DNA of 64,000 nt from an uncultured Candidatus Actinomarina sp. Lineage in GTDB: Bacteria > Actinomycetota > Acidimicrobiia > Actinomarinales > Actinomarinaceae. Shown here one piece after another: positions 10,731 to 20,279 of this stretch (position 1 is the first letter of the stretch; each line of letters opens with the position of its first letter). A program made the translations under genes and the position numbers. The notes beneath the pieces were generated by a model. It worked only from the letters and a program-made list of their open reading frames with translations, was not told the origin of the DNA and made no database searches. The stretch lies in the NCBI GenBank assembly GCA_902599555.1, contig CACKFQ010000003.1, positions 607-64,606 on the forward strand, in the 5' to 3' direction.

Positions 10731-10904
10731 CTATTCTGAATCCTTTTCGCTTTTTGGTTTTCGTGAACCAAGCGCTGCTCCAATTGCAACCCCTACAGCT
10801 ATCCATGTTGGTTCATTTGTAGCAGCAAAAAGTGCAACCCCTATTGCTGTGCAAACACCAATCCAATTTCCAACGTTGTTTGAATTTGTTGATTTATTAT
10901 TCAT
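10731..10904 (-). CDS. small hydrophobic glycine-zipper-like protein (57 aa), hypothetical
   Basis: Hand translation gives MNNKSTNSNNVGNWIGVCTAIGVALFAATNEPTWIAVGVAIGAALGSRKPKSEKDSE*. It is below the track's size cutoff. It exactly fills the glmS-alr gap: ATG 3 nt after the glmS stop, stop 10 nt before the alr ATG. Confidence 0.5.
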   Translation of the reverse strand: MNNKSTNSNNVGNWIGVCTAIGVALFAATNEPTWIAVGVAIGAALGSRKPKSEKDSE

Positions 10905-10906
10905 TT

Positions 10907-12703
10907 TTATTCCACTGTCACTGATTTTGCTAGATTTCTTGGCTGATCAATTGACTCACCATTAAGGTTAGCAACATGATAAGCAATGAACTGGAGTGGA
11001 ATTATGGATATGACTGTAGTTAAAATTTCATTACTATCTGGAAGGGTGACATATTCGTCAGATATATTTTCTAATTTTTCTGATTGATTATCACCAATTG
11101 CTATGACATAAGCTCCTCTAGCAATAACCTCTTGTACGTTACTAGTTGTTTTGTCTAACAAGTGATTTTGACTAGCAGTTACAATTATCGGAGTTCCGTC
11201 TTCAATTAAAGCTAAAGTTCCGTGTTTTAGTTCTCCAGCTGCCAACGCTTCTGCATGTAAGTAAGAAATTTCTTTTAATTTCAAAGCACCCTCTGCTGCA
11301 AGTGCGTAATCTAGCCCTCTACCAATAAAATAAATATCATTCTTTTTATAAATTTTTTCAGATATATCTTTTATTTGTTTCTCACAATCCATAGTCTCTT
11401 CGATCAATTTTGGTAGTTCGGCAATCTCATCAAAAGAAACATCTAATTTATTTTGAGAATCCCAATGTTTAGCTAACAGTAATTGTCCAACTAACATTCC
11501 AAGATAGGCTTTAGTTGAAGCTACACCTATTTCTGGGCCAACGTGTAAGTAAAAAACACTGTCAGCCATTCTTGCTAACGAGCTGCCCACAACATTCACT
11601 AAAGCAAGCACATGAGCATCATTTTCCTTTAAAAGCTCTGTTGCAGCAATGGTGTCCATGGTCTCACCAGATTGTGAAATTACAATGCCTAAATCGTTTT
11701 TGCCAACTATTGGTTCTCTATATCTAAATTCCGAAGCAAGTTCGACACTGACGGGAACTCCTAAAACTTTTTCAAAAAGGTCTTTTCCGAATAAACCAGC
11801 ATGGTAAGCAGTGCCGCATGCAACTATCCAAATTTTTTCATACTTTGATGCTTCATCTTGTTTAATTGGAATCTCTTTAGAAGTTGTTTCAAGTCTTCCA
11901 GAAATGGTTCGTTCTATTACTTCTGACTGTTCAAGTATTTCCTTGTACATAAAGTGGTCATACCCAAGCTTTTCAGCTTCGGAAACCTCCCAGTCTATTT
12001 CTTGAATTTCTCTTTCAATTTGGTTCAATTCTGAATCAAACAACTTATATTGACCATTTTTAATTTCTACAAAATCTCCATTTTCCAAAAAAATCATTTT
12101 ATTTGTGTGTTCTAAAATAGCTGCTGAATCAGATGCTAAAAATACTTCGTTTTCTCCAACACCTAAGACAAGAGGGCTCATTAAACGGCCTGCAACAATA
12201 GTTCCTTCTTCTTTTGTAGTAGTTACAACAAGAGCATATGTGCCTTCTAAAGTTTTTGCTACATCAGTTACAGTTTTCAACAATTGACCATTCCATTTTC
12301 TACTTAACTCAACTGCAACAACCTCTGTGTCAGTATCAGATTTAAATTCAAAACCTTCTTCTAAAAGATCTTTCTTAATTTCTGCATAGTTCTCGATTAT
12401 TCCATTATGAATGATTGCAAATTCTTCACTATCGTCAGAATGTGGATGAGCATTAACATCATTTGGAACTCCATGAGTTGCCCATCTTGTATGACCAATA
12501 CCTATATTGCCTTTAATATTACTATCTTTTAAATGATTTTTTAAAACGTCCAGTTTACCTTCTTTTTTTTCAACAGTAATTTTGTTACCATCAGAAATTG
12601 CAATTCCAGCTGAATCGTACCCTCGATACTCTAAACGTGATAAACCATTAATTAGAATTGGTAATGGTTCTTTTGGGCCTGAATACCCGACTATTCCACA
12701 CAT
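10907..12703 (-). CDS. glmS: glutamine--fructose-6-phosphate aminotransferase
   Basis: 598 aa with N-terminal MCGIVGY (catalytic Cys2), SIS domains, and C-terminal ...AKSVTVE. Confidence 0.98.
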   Translation of the reverse strand: MCGIVGYSGPKEPLPILINGLSRLEYRGYDSAGIAISDGNKITVEKKEGKLDVLKNHLKDSNIKGNIGIGHTRWATHGVPNDVNAHPHSDDSEEFAIIHNGIIENYAEIKKDLLEEGFEFKSDTDTEVVAVELSRKWNGQLLKTVTDVAKTLEGTYALVVTTTKEEGTIVAGRLMSPLVLGVGENEVFLASDSAAILEHTNKMIFLENGDFVEIKNGQYKLFDSELNQIEREIQEIDWEVSEAEKLGYDHFMYKEILEQSEVIERTISGRLETTSKEIPIKQDEASKYEKIWIVACGTAYHAGLFGKDLFEKVLGVPVSVELASEFRYREPIVGKNDLGIVISQSGETMDTIAATELLKENDAHVLALVNVVGSSLARMADSVFYLHVGPEIGVASTKAYLGMLVGQLLLAKHWDSQNKLDVSFDEIAELPKLIEETMDCEKQIKDISEKIYKKNDIYFIGRGLDYALAAEGALKLKEISYLHAEALAAGELKHGTLALIEDGTPIIVTASQNHLLDKTTSNVQEVIARGAYVIAIGDNQSEKLENISDEYVTLPDSNEILTTVISIIPLQFIAYHVANLNGESIDQPRNLAKSVTVE

Positions 12704-12742
12704 TATATCTCCATTCCAACGAGCAGGTTAAAACAAAGACTG

Positions 12743-12872
12743 CTGTAAATTGTCTCTGTTCACAGATTTCTCTATGTTTTTAAACAATTTATTACGACTG
12801 CAGAGCCGAGTATGCATCCGCCGAATGTTTCGATAACATACTTCCTCGTCACCTTTTTCAAGGCCTGGCGCT
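12743..12872 (-). ncRNA. glmS ribozyme: glmS ribozyme (GlcN6P-dependent self-cleaving leader)
   Basis: The minus strand reads A|GCGCCAGG-CCUUGAAAAAGG-UGACGAGGAAGUAUGUUAUCGAAACAUUCGGCGGAUGCAUACUCGGCUCUGCAGUCGUAA...AGAGAAAUCUGUG...ACAG. The conserved blocks AGCGCCAG, GACGAGG, GUUAUCGAA, UUCGGCGGAUGC, CGGCU and AGAGAAAUC occur in the order recalled for Bacillus glmS ribozymes, directly upstream of glmS. Confidence 0.85.
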
Positions 12873-12905
12873 AATTGCTCGTTATTACAATTATAAGAAA
12901 CTTAT

Positions 12906-14213
12906 TTAAGTTTGTAAGAAGTTTTTAATTTTGTTGACTAAATTTTCACTGAATTTCTCAACAGATTCTTCCTCACTAGCCTCGACAAGCACTCTAAGAA
13001 GGGGTTCTGTGCCAGAATTTCTTATTAAGTATCTACCGTCTAAATTTTCTTCCTCTGACAATTTCCTTCCAATATTATCTAATTTTTCTAGTTGCTTTAT
13101 ATCCGGCATACTGTTTAGTTCTATATTGATTAGCTTTTGCGGATATTCTTTAATATTGTCCTCACGAAATTGAGATAAAGTGGTTTTAAAAAATGATAAA
13201 GCTTTTAAAGAATATATTAAAGTAAGAAGACCATCACCTACCGGAAGCTTGTCAGAAATTATAATATGTCCAGATTGCTCTCCACCAATAGAAGCGTTGC
13301 TTTCTAACATTGCTTCGGCAACATATTTATCTCCAACAGCTGTTTCAATATTTTTAAAATTATTTTTTTCCATTGCAGTTTTAAATCCAAAATTAGACAT
13401 AACAGTTGAAACAACAACATCATTGTTAAGTTGATTGGTAGAGGATAAATATTTTGCGATTAATAATATCAAGACATCTCCATTACAAGTAATACCGTTT
13501 TCATCAACCATAATGAGTCTGTCTGCATCTCCATCGAATGCAGCACCAATCTCTCCTTTTTTTAGATTTTTTATTAAATTTTCAGTATGCGTAGCCCCAC
13601 TGTCTAAGTTTATATTTTCTCCATTAGGCTCATTTGCAATCATTTTAAATTTAGAATCATTATCTTTTAATAACTCATCTATTATTTTGTAAGCAGAACC
13701 ATTTGCACTATCAATAAGCAAATCAAAGTTTGTTAAATCAAAATCAAGAATCTGATTAAGAAATTCGAAATAAACTTTAAATCCCTCTTCAGATTCTTTA
13801 TAAGTAGTGTGCACACTTGGTAAAGAAATATTTTCAATGTTTGCTTCAATTTCAATTTCAATTTCATCTTGAAGCTTCGAACCATTTTCATTAATTAATT
13901 TAATACCGTTATACTCGCTTGGATTATGTGAAGCTGAAATTATGATACCTAGATTATGTCCAAAAGTTTCAAGCAATACTGGCATAGATCCTGAAGGTAA
14001 TATTCCATAATTAATTACTTCGATATTTTCTGAAAATCCTTCACATATCCAATCTAAAATTTCTAATGAAGAATGACGGGTATCTAAAATTACGGCAACA
14101 GAAGTCGGTTTTAGGATGTCCTCAACAGAACAAGTAACATTAGAAACTATTTCGTTAGTTAAATTTTTGTTTGGAATACCTCGGATTCCATCGGTACCGA
14201 AATATTTCTTCAA
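12906..14213 (-). CDS. glmM: phosphoglucosamine mutase
   Basis: 435 aa with MKKYFGTDGIRG, SASHNPSEYNGIK (phosphoserine loop) and FDGDADR motifs. Confidence 0.95.
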   Translation of the reverse strand: MKKYFGTDGIRGIPNKNLTNEIVSNVTCSVEDILKPTSVAVILDTRHSSLEILDWICEGFSENIEVINYGILPSGSMPVLLETFGHNLGIIISASHNPSEYNGIKLINENGSKLQDEIEIEIEANIENISLPSVHTTYKESEEGFKVYFEFLNQILDFDLTNFDLLIDSANGSAYKIIDELLKDNDSKFKMIANEPNGENINLDSGATHTENLIKNLKKGEIGAAFDGDADRLIMVDENGITCNGDVLILLIAKYLSSTNQLNNDVVVSTVMSNFGFKTAMEKNNFKNIETAVGDKYVAEAMLESNASIGGEQSGHIIISDKLPVGDGLLTLIYSLKALSFFKTTLSQFREDNIKEYPQKLINIELNSMPDIKQLEKLDNIGRKLSEEENLDGRYLIRNSGTEPLLRVLVEASEEESVEKFSENLVNKIKNFLQT

Positions 14214-14221
14214 TTTGTTTT

Positions 14222-14611
14222 TTATCTCTTAGTAAACTGTTCAGCTCTTCTAGCTTTTTTAAGACCGTATTTCTTTCGTTCGACCTTACGAGCATCCCGT
14301 GTAAGAAGTCCTGCCTTCTTAAGCTTTGGCCTTAGTTCAGGGTCCATTTTGATTAATGCTCTGGATATTCCAAGAGCTACAGCATCTGATTGTGCAGAAA
14401 GACCGCTTCCGTTTACATTGACGACCATATCAAATTTTCCTTCAAGAGAAACCACCTTAAACGGTTTTTCTATTGTCATTTTCATTGATGGGCTTGGAAA
14501 ATATTGTTCTAGATCTTTTCCATTGAATGAAAACTTACCATTTCCTTCAGTAATAGTTACTCTTGCTACAGAAGATTTTCTTCTTCCTGTTCCATAAAAA
14601 TTATCAGGCAT
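14222..14611 (-). CDS. rpsI: 30S ribosomal protein S9
   Basis: 129 aa with GTGRRK...GGG.. and C-terminal ...KKARRAEQFTKR. Paired with rplM. Confidence 0.97.
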   Translation of the reverse strand: MPDNFYGTGRRKSSVARVTITEGNGKFSFNGKDLEQYFPSPSMKMTIEKPFKVVSLEGKFDMVVNVNGSGLSAQSDAVALGISRALIKMDPELRPKLKKAGLLTRDARKVERKKYGLKKARRAEQFTKR

Positions 14612-15065
14612 TTTCTTCTACTTTCTTTATATTAAAAACTAATTCTTTTGGATTTTGGCTTTGGTGAGGGTGGTTTGCATCAGGATAAATATGTAGCTTC
14701 TTTAATACAGCTCTACCTAATCGGTTTTTTGGAAGCATGCCCCATACTGCCCTTTCTATTATTTTTTCAGGCTTTCTTTGTCTTAATGAATTAAAACTTT
14801 CGGACTTGATTCCTCCAGGATAACCAGAATGAGAATGATACATTTTTTGTTCAGGTTTTTTTGAAGTAATTGCAATTTTTCCTGCATTTATTACAACAAC
14901 ATGATCACCAACATCTAAATGGGGAGCATACTGTGGTTTGTGCTTACCACGTAATATTTGAGCTAATTCACTTGCTAAGCGACCAATAGGTAGTCCAGAT
15001 GCATCAACTAAGTGCCATTCACGCTCAGAAGCCTCTATGCCATTAAAAGTTGTTTTAGTATTCAT
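14604..15065 (-). CDS. rplM: 50S ribosomal protein L13
   Basis: 153 aa with W.LVDA.G..LGRLAS..A..LRGKHKP.Y.PH.D.GD. Confidence 0.97.
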   Translation of the reverse strand: MNTKTTFNGIEASEREWHLVDASGLPIGRLASELAQILRGKHKPQYAPHLDVGDHVVVINAGKIAITSKKPEQKMYHSHSGYPGGIKSESFNSLRQRKPEKIIERAVWGMLPKNRLGRAVLKKLHIYPDANHPHQSQNPKELVFNIKKVEENA

Positions 15066-15126
15066 TTATCAATCTTTTTGAATTGTAACGAACTACTAGT
15101 ATAAAGTGCATTTATATTTATGAAAA

Positions 15127-15852
15127 CTAGTATTTAACATTCCAAAGGACTAAGCCATTTGGAGGAGCTATGAAGTTTAGCCTATCTTCTTTAGGATTAA
15201 GAAGATTTTTAGAAACTTCGTCATACGTGACTTTATCCTCACAATAAGCTATTTGAACACCAACTAAATTACGCACCATGTTTCTTAAAAAAGAGTTACC
15301 AGTAATTGTATACTCAAAATAATCACGCTTTTTTACCCAGTTGCTCTTGTATATTTGTCTATTTGGATTTTTATTTACGTCATGTTTTGAAAAAGAAGAA
15401 AAATTATGTTCACCCTCAAACAGCTCTGCTATATAGTTTAGTTTTTTTAAATCTAATTTCTTTGGATAAATATATGATTGACTGCTTAGATAAGGATATT
15501 GCTGGTTTATATCTGACACAAAATATTTATAAGTTCTCTCAAATGCGTCATACCTAGCGTGAAAGCTATCTTTTACTGTCTTAAAAGAGTTTATAGAGAT
15601 TTTGGAACCTAAAATTTTATTTAAAGAATTTATTGTTTTGTAATTTATAGCTAATTCTGTTTTTATATTTATAACTTGAGCTTTAGCATGAACCCCTGAA
15701 TCTGTTCTGCCAGAGTAATTCAATTCATATTTTTCAGTAAATATTTCTAGTGCTTTTTGGAATTCTCCTTGTACCGTTGTTTTATCTTTTTGGATTTGAA
15801 AACCGTGGAAATTAGTTCCATCATAGGAAATAATTAACTTGTAGTTTTTCAT
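15127..15852 (-). CDS. truA: tRNA pseudouridine(38-40) synthase
   Basis: 241 aa with YDGT.F.GFQ.Q and GRTDSGVHA (catalytic Asp). Confidence 0.93.
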   Translation of the reverse strand: MKNYKLIISYDGTNFHGFQIQKDKTTVQGEFQKALEIFTEKYELNYSGRTDSGVHAKAQVINIKTELAINYKTINSLNKILGSKISINSFKTVKDSFHARYDAFERTYKYFVSDINQQYPYLSSQSYIYPKKLDLKKLNYIAELFEGEHNFSSFSKHDVNKNPNRQIYKSNWVKKRDYFEYTITGNSFLRNMVRNLVGVQIAYCEDKVTYDEVSKNLLNPKEDRLNFIAPPNGLVLWNVKY

Positions 15853-16397
15853 TAAACAAAAATACGAATTGGATCAGAAAAAAATATTAAAATAGCTAAA
15901 AATGTTACAGAGGCAATACTTGATGTTCTTTTGTCAAGTAGGAAGGCCGTTGCAAGTGCTTTTGTTAATACAAAATACATCCAACCAAATATTAATAAAG
16001 TCAAAAGTTGAAATATATTTTGCGGAATTGAAATGTAATTATTAACAAGAATAATTATTCCAAAAATACCAAGAATCCCATGGGTGTAACCTGTAAAAAT
16101 TAATAGGTTAGTAATTTCAATTATCGTATTAAATGCCCTTGTTAATAAAAACCATGAAGCCAGAGTGGCAAACAACCAAGCAAATATACCATCTACTAAT
16201 CCGTAAAAAACAATATCGCTAATGTTGGTTGAGCTTGCGTTCAGGATGAATGGGATATAAATACTTAGAAGGCTTGCCAACACTACTATAAGAGAATTTC
16301 CAGACTCATATCTATCATTACTGAATCTGATAAACACATCTTGATTTAATCTAATGAATTTTTGAAATTGTGACCAGATATCTTTTAAAGAATTCAA
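15852..16397 (-). CDS. integral membrane protein, about 5 TM (Yip1-like; family uncertain)
   Basis: 181-aa hydrophobic ORF wedged between rplQ (2-nt gap) and truA (TAATG overlap). The family assignment is from general appearance only. Confidence 0.7.
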   Translation of the reverse strand: MNSLKDIWSQFQKFIRLNQDVFIRFSNDRYESGNSLIVVLASLLSIYIPFILNASSTNISDIVFYGLVDGIFAWLFATLASWFLLTRAFNTIIEITNLLIFTGYTHGILGIFGIIILVNNYISIPQNIFQLLTLLIFGWMYFVLTKALATAFLLDKRTSSIASVTFLAILIFFSDPIRIFV

Positions 16398-16399
16398 AT

Positions 16400-16750
16400 T
16401 TAAACTAGTTCTAATACAGCTAGCTCTGTGCCATCACCTTGTCTATATGTAGTTCTTGTAATCCTAGTGTATCCACCATTTCTGTCTTCATACTTTGGAC
16501 CAATTTCATCAAAAAGTTTTGCAACAACAGATTTGTTTTGAATCATTTTTAACACTTGTCTTCTATCATGAAGAGTACCGCTTTTTGCTTTTGTAATTAC
16601 TTTTTCTGCATAAGGCTTTACAGTTTTAGCTTTTGTTACTGTTGTTTCAATTTTTTCGTGTTCAATTAAAGCACTTATCAAATTACTAATAATTTGATCC
16701 TCATGTGAGGAAGAACCTCCAAGCCTTTTACCTTTAGTAGGTTTAGGCAT
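16400..16750 (-). CDS. rplQ: 50S ribosomal protein L17
   Basis: 116 aa with ...NGGYTRI..., downstream of rpoA. Confidence 0.96.
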   Translation of the reverse strand: MPKPTKGKRLGGSSSHEDQIISNLISALIEHEKIETTVTKAKTVKPYAEKVITKAKSGTLHDRRQVLKMIQNKSVVAKLFDEIGPKYEDRNGGYTRITRTTYRQGDGTELAVLELV

Positions 16751-17702
16751 CAGCCATATCTCCTGAGTCTAAGTCAGAACTTGTTGGAAGACTTAGTCCA
16801 AGCTCATCAAGCTTTGCAACTAACTCATCCAAGCTTTTTTGTCCAAAGTTTGTTAAATTGAGCAAATCATCTTCTGTATATTCAAGAATTTGTCCAACTG
16901 TGGTTATATTTTCTCTACCAAGACAATTTCTTGGTCTTTCAGATAAATCTAAAGCATCAACAGATAATGAAAGATCTGGAGAACTTCCTTCAGAAATTGT
17001 TAATTCTCCTAGTTCTAGTCCAACTCCTTCATCAATATCTGCAAAAAGCTTCCATAATTCACCAAGAGTTTTTCCTACTGATGAAATTGCTTCGCTTGGC
17101 TCAATTGAACCATCAGTTTCAACATCTAAAGTTAACTTATCATAGTCAGTTACTTGACCAACCTGTGTAGGTGAAACAGCATAACTTACTTTTACAATTG
17201 GAGAAAAAATAGAGTCAATTGGTATGAAATTTGAGTCACTTGTTTTATTTTTATCAGCCAATCTGTATCCTACTCCATGTGCTATTGAAACTTCCATATC
17301 AAGAGTAGAACTGTCTGACAATGTACATACTTTCAAATCAGTATTTACAACTTCGACTCCAGCAGGACATTGGATTTGTGCTGCAAGAACATCTCCTGGG
17401 CCTTTGGCCTTAACAGTAAGTGTATGATTTTCTTGATCATCAACCTTTAGTACAAGTCTTTTTAAATTTAGAAGTAAGTCTAAAACATCTTCTACAACTC
17501 CCGGAATTGATGTAAATTCATGATTTACTCCATCAATTTTGATTCCAGTTACAGCTACTCCTGGAACTCTAGAAAGTAGCGCCCTTCTCATTGTGTTGCC
17601 TAAAGTAAGACCAAATCCTGGTTCTAATGGTTCGATTACAAACTGTGTTCTGTTTTTACCAAGCTCTTCTTGGGTAATTTCTGGTCTTTGTAGCATTAAC
17701 AT
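16743..17702 (-). CDS. rpoA: DNA-directed RNA polymerase subunit alpha
   Basis: 319 aa with N-terminal-domain GFG.TLGN..RR.LLS and a C-terminal-domain ELSVRS-like segment ([11 protein letters not shown]). Confidence 0.97.
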   Translation of the reverse strand: MLMLQRPEITQEELGKNRTQFVIEPLEPGFGLTLGNTMRRALLSRVPGVAVTGIKIDGVNHEFTSIPGVVEDVLDLLLNLKRLVLKVDDQENHTLTVKAKGPGDVLAAQIQCPAGVEVVNTDLKVCTLSDSSTLDMEVSIAHGVGYRLADKNKTSDSNFIPIDSIFSPIVKVSYAVSPTQVGQVTDYDKLTLDVETDGSIEPSEAISSVGKTLGELWKLFADIDEGVGLELGELTISEGSSPDLSLSVDALDLSERPRNCLGRENITTVGQILEYTEDDLLNLTNFGQKSLDELVAKLDELGLSLPTSSDLDSGDMADA

Positions 17703-17723
17703 TTTATTTCTCCTCTCAAATGT

Positions 17724-18338
17724 TTACTTCGAATAAAGCTCTACTATTAACTGTTCTTCAATCTGTGAACTTGCATCACCCCTAGAAGGTTCAGCATTAA
17801 TTTTTACAGATTTCTTTTTATTATCTACATCTAACCAGCTAGGTATTACATAGTCCTGTCCAGTATCAATAGTATGTTGGATAATAATTAAATCTTTGCT
17901 TGCATCTTTAATCTCAATCACATCTCCTGGTTTTACCTTATGTGATGGAACATCTACAAATTTACCGTTTAGCTTAAAGTGTCTATGAGAAACTAACTGC
18001 CTTGCTTGAGGCCTGGTTGAAGCGAATCCAGCTCTGTAAATAACATTATCTAATCTTGATTCAAGAAGTACAAGGAGGTTTTCACCGGTAATACCAGGCA
18101 TTCTTGTAGCTTCTTTATAATAATTTCTAAACTGTTTTTCAAGGACACCATACATATATCGTACTTTTTGTTTTTCTTTTAACTGAGTTCCGTAATCTGT
18201 TTCTCTAACTCGTTTTCTGCCATTCTCACCTGGTGGGTATGGCCTATCCTGAAGCGCTTTATCGCCTTTTCTATTCTCAAAAACATTAAAGCCTATTCTT
18301 CTTGAAACTCTAACTCTGGGTCCTGTGTACCTTGCCAT
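17724..18338 (-). CDS. rpsD: 30S ribosomal protein S4
   Basis: 204 aa, MARYTGP...; alpha-operon order. Confidence 0.97.
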   Translation of the reverse strand: MARYTGPRVRVSRRIGFNVFENRKGDKALQDRPYPPGENGRKRVRETDYGTQLKEKQKVRYMYGVLEKQFRNYYKEATRMPGITGENLLVLLESRLDNVIYRAGFASTRPQARQLVSHRHFKLNGKFVDVPSHKVKPGDVIEIKDASKDLIIIQHTIDTGQDYVIPSWLDVDNKKKSVKINAEPSRGDASSQIEEQLIVELYSK

Positions 18339-18721
18339 TATCCTCTTCTTCTCTTCTTTGGTCTGCAGCCATTATGAGGTGTTGGTGTTATGTCTTTGAT
18401 TGTTCCAACATCCATACCCATGTTTTGTAAAGTTCTTACAGCGGTTTCTCTACCTGCACCTGTACCACTGATTATTATGTCTAACTTTTGAACTCCGTAT
18501 TCAGTAGCTCTTCTAACAGCTTCCTCAGCTGCTACTTGTGCAGCATAAGGAGTAGACTTTCTAGAACCCTTGAAGCCAACAGAGCCACCAGATGTCCAAA
18601 CTATAGTTTCACCAGACGGGTTCGATATATTTATAATTGTATTATTAAAACTTGCCTTTATATGCGCTACTCCAGCAGGTACGTTTTTTTTGACTTTCTT
18701 TTTAGTTTTTTGCTCAGCCAT
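18338..18721 (-). CDS. rpsK: 30S ribosomal protein S11
   Basis: 127 aa with ...FNNTIINIS...[12 protein letters not shown]. Confidence 0.97.
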   Translation of the reverse strand: MAEQKTKKKVKKNVPAGVAHIKASFNNTIINISNPSGETIVWTSGGSVGFKGSRKSTPYAAQVAAEEAVRRATEYGVQKLDIIISGTGAGRETAVRTLQNMGMDVGTIKDITPTPHNGCRPKKRRRG

Positions 18722-19098
18722 TATTTCAATGCTTTCTTCTTACCAGCTATAGCGAATCTAGGACCTTTTCTTGTCCTTGCATTTGTATGGGTTCTTTGAC
18801 CTCTAACAGGGAGTCCTTTTCTGTGTCTTAAACCTTGGTAAGTACCGATTTCAGTTTTTCTTCTAATATTTTGTGATACGTCTCTTCTAAGGTCACCCTC
18901 TACTCTGAAATTTGCCTCAATGTATTTTCTAATTTGTGCAACCTCATCGTTTGTAAGATTGCTGACACGTGTACTTGGATCAATATTGAGGTCTGTGCAA
19001 ATATCATCTGCTCTTTTTGCTCCGATACCATGTATATAACGCAGTGACGCAATAACTCTTTTTTCTCTTGGAATGTCAATGCCTGAAATACGCGCCAT
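18721..19098 (-). CDS. rpsM: 30S ribosomal protein S13
   Basis: 125 aa, [10 protein letters not shown].... Confidence 0.97.
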   Translation of the reverse strand: MARISGIDIPREKRVIASLRYIHGIGAKRADDICTDLNIDPSTRVSNLTNDEVAQIRKYIEANFRVEGDLRRDVSQNIRRKTEIGTYQGLRHRKGLPVRGQRTHTNARTRKGPRFAIAGKKKALK

Positions 19099-19104
19099 TA
19101 AAAC

Positions 19105-19221
19105 TTAACCTTGCCTCTGCTTGTGACGAGGATTTCTTTTATTTATTACGTAAAGCTTGCCTTTTCTTCTAACGATTTGATCGTTAGGGCCTCTCTTTTT
19201 AACGCTTGATTTAACTTTCAT
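19105..19221 (-). CDS. rpmJ: 50S ribosomal protein L36, cysteine-free (C-minus) form
   Basis: Hand translation gives [38 protein letters not shown]. It is below the track cutoff. An ATGA overlap joins it to the infA stop, and it sits in the canonical infA-rpmJ-rpsM slot. Confidence 0.9.
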   Translation of the reverse strand: MKVKSSVKKRGPNDQIVRRKGKLYVINKRNPRHKQRQG

Positions 19222-19442
19222 TTATGTCTCCAAATAATCCTACCTCTTGTGGGATCATATGGTGAAACTTCCATTTCAACAGTATCCCCAGGTAAAATTC
19301 TTATGTACCTCATTCTCATTTTTCCAGACACATGAGCTAAAATTTCTGCACCACTTTCAAGTTGTACCTTAAATGAGGCGTTTGGCAGAGTTTCCATAAC
19401 TGTTCCTTGAACTTTAATTATGTTTTTTTCTTTTTCTACCAA
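19218..19442 (-). CDS. infA: translation initiation factor IF-1
   Basis: 74 aa with S1-like ...ILPGDTV.VE.SPYD.TRGRI..R.K. Apparent TTG start. Confidence 0.95.
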   Translation of the reverse strand: MVEKEKNIIKVQGTVMETLPNASFKVQLESGAEILAHVSGKMRMRYIRILPGDTVEMEVSPYDPTRGRIIWRHK

Positions 19443-19508
19443 AATTAGCCTTGATTATGTGACCGATTTACTAGATTAGTGCGATTTGAAACTATTACAA
19501 ACACAAAA

Positions 19509-20276
19509 TTAAAATAAGTTTTCTGTAAAAACACGTGTTCCTTCCTCTGTCAATCCTATTGTATGCTCCCAATGGGCTGAATTTTGGCCATCTATTGTCT
19601 TAACTGTCCATCCGTCTTCATCTACCATCGTTTCTTCAGACCCTAAGTTAAACATAGGTTCTATACAAATAGCCATTCCTGTTTTTAACTCAAAGCCTGT
19701 ATTTTTTTTACCATAATGAGGTACTTGTGGTTCTTCATGCATTTCTTGACCAATGCCGTGTCCAACATAGTTTTTTACATTACCAAGATTTTTACGTGTT
19801 GCTATTTTGTCAATTTTATATCCAATTGTTCCTAATTTTTGCCCGTCTTCAACTAGTTTTACTGCTTCGTTTAACGCGTGCTTAGTAGTCTCAATTAGAA
19901 ACTTATCTTCACTTGAGATTTCTCCAACACCATAAGTAAATGCAGCATCAGCATGAAAACCTTCAAATGATACTCCAACATCTATAGAAATTAAGTCACC
20001 TTCCTGTATGATTGTATCGTTAGGTATCCCATGAACTATTGCGTCATTTGGTGAGGCACAAATGTAAGCAGGATAAGGATCGTGTCCAGGGGGCGCATAG
20101 CCAAAAAAGCTTGATTGAACGTTTGAATTTTCTACAATATTTTTAGCAATAATATCTAGATCTTTGAGAGTCATCCCAGGTTTAGTTGAATTGTAAATTT
20201 CGTAATGTATATTTGAAACTACTTTACCTGCTTTTGCCATCTTCTTAAAATCTTCAGAAGTTTTATATGTAAGCAT
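19509..20276 (-). CDS. map: methionine aminopeptidase, type I
   Basis: 255 aa with M24A pattern (HGIP, D..G, H, E, E ligand spacing) in the canonical adk-map-infA order. Confidence 0.94.
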   Translation of the reverse strand: MLTYKTSEDFKKMAKAGKVVSNIHYEIYNSTKPGMTLKDLDIIAKNIVENSNVQSSFFGYAPPGHDPYPAYICASPNDAIVHGIPNDTIIQEGDLISIDVGVSFEGFHADAAFTYGVGEISSEDKFLIETTKHALNEAVKLVEDGQKLGTIGYKIDKIATRKNLGNVKNYVGHGIGQEMHEEPQVPHYGKKNTGFELKTGMAICIEPMFNLGSEETMVDEDGWTVKTIDGQNSAHWEHTIGLTEEGTRVFTENLF

Positions 20277-20279
20277 TAT

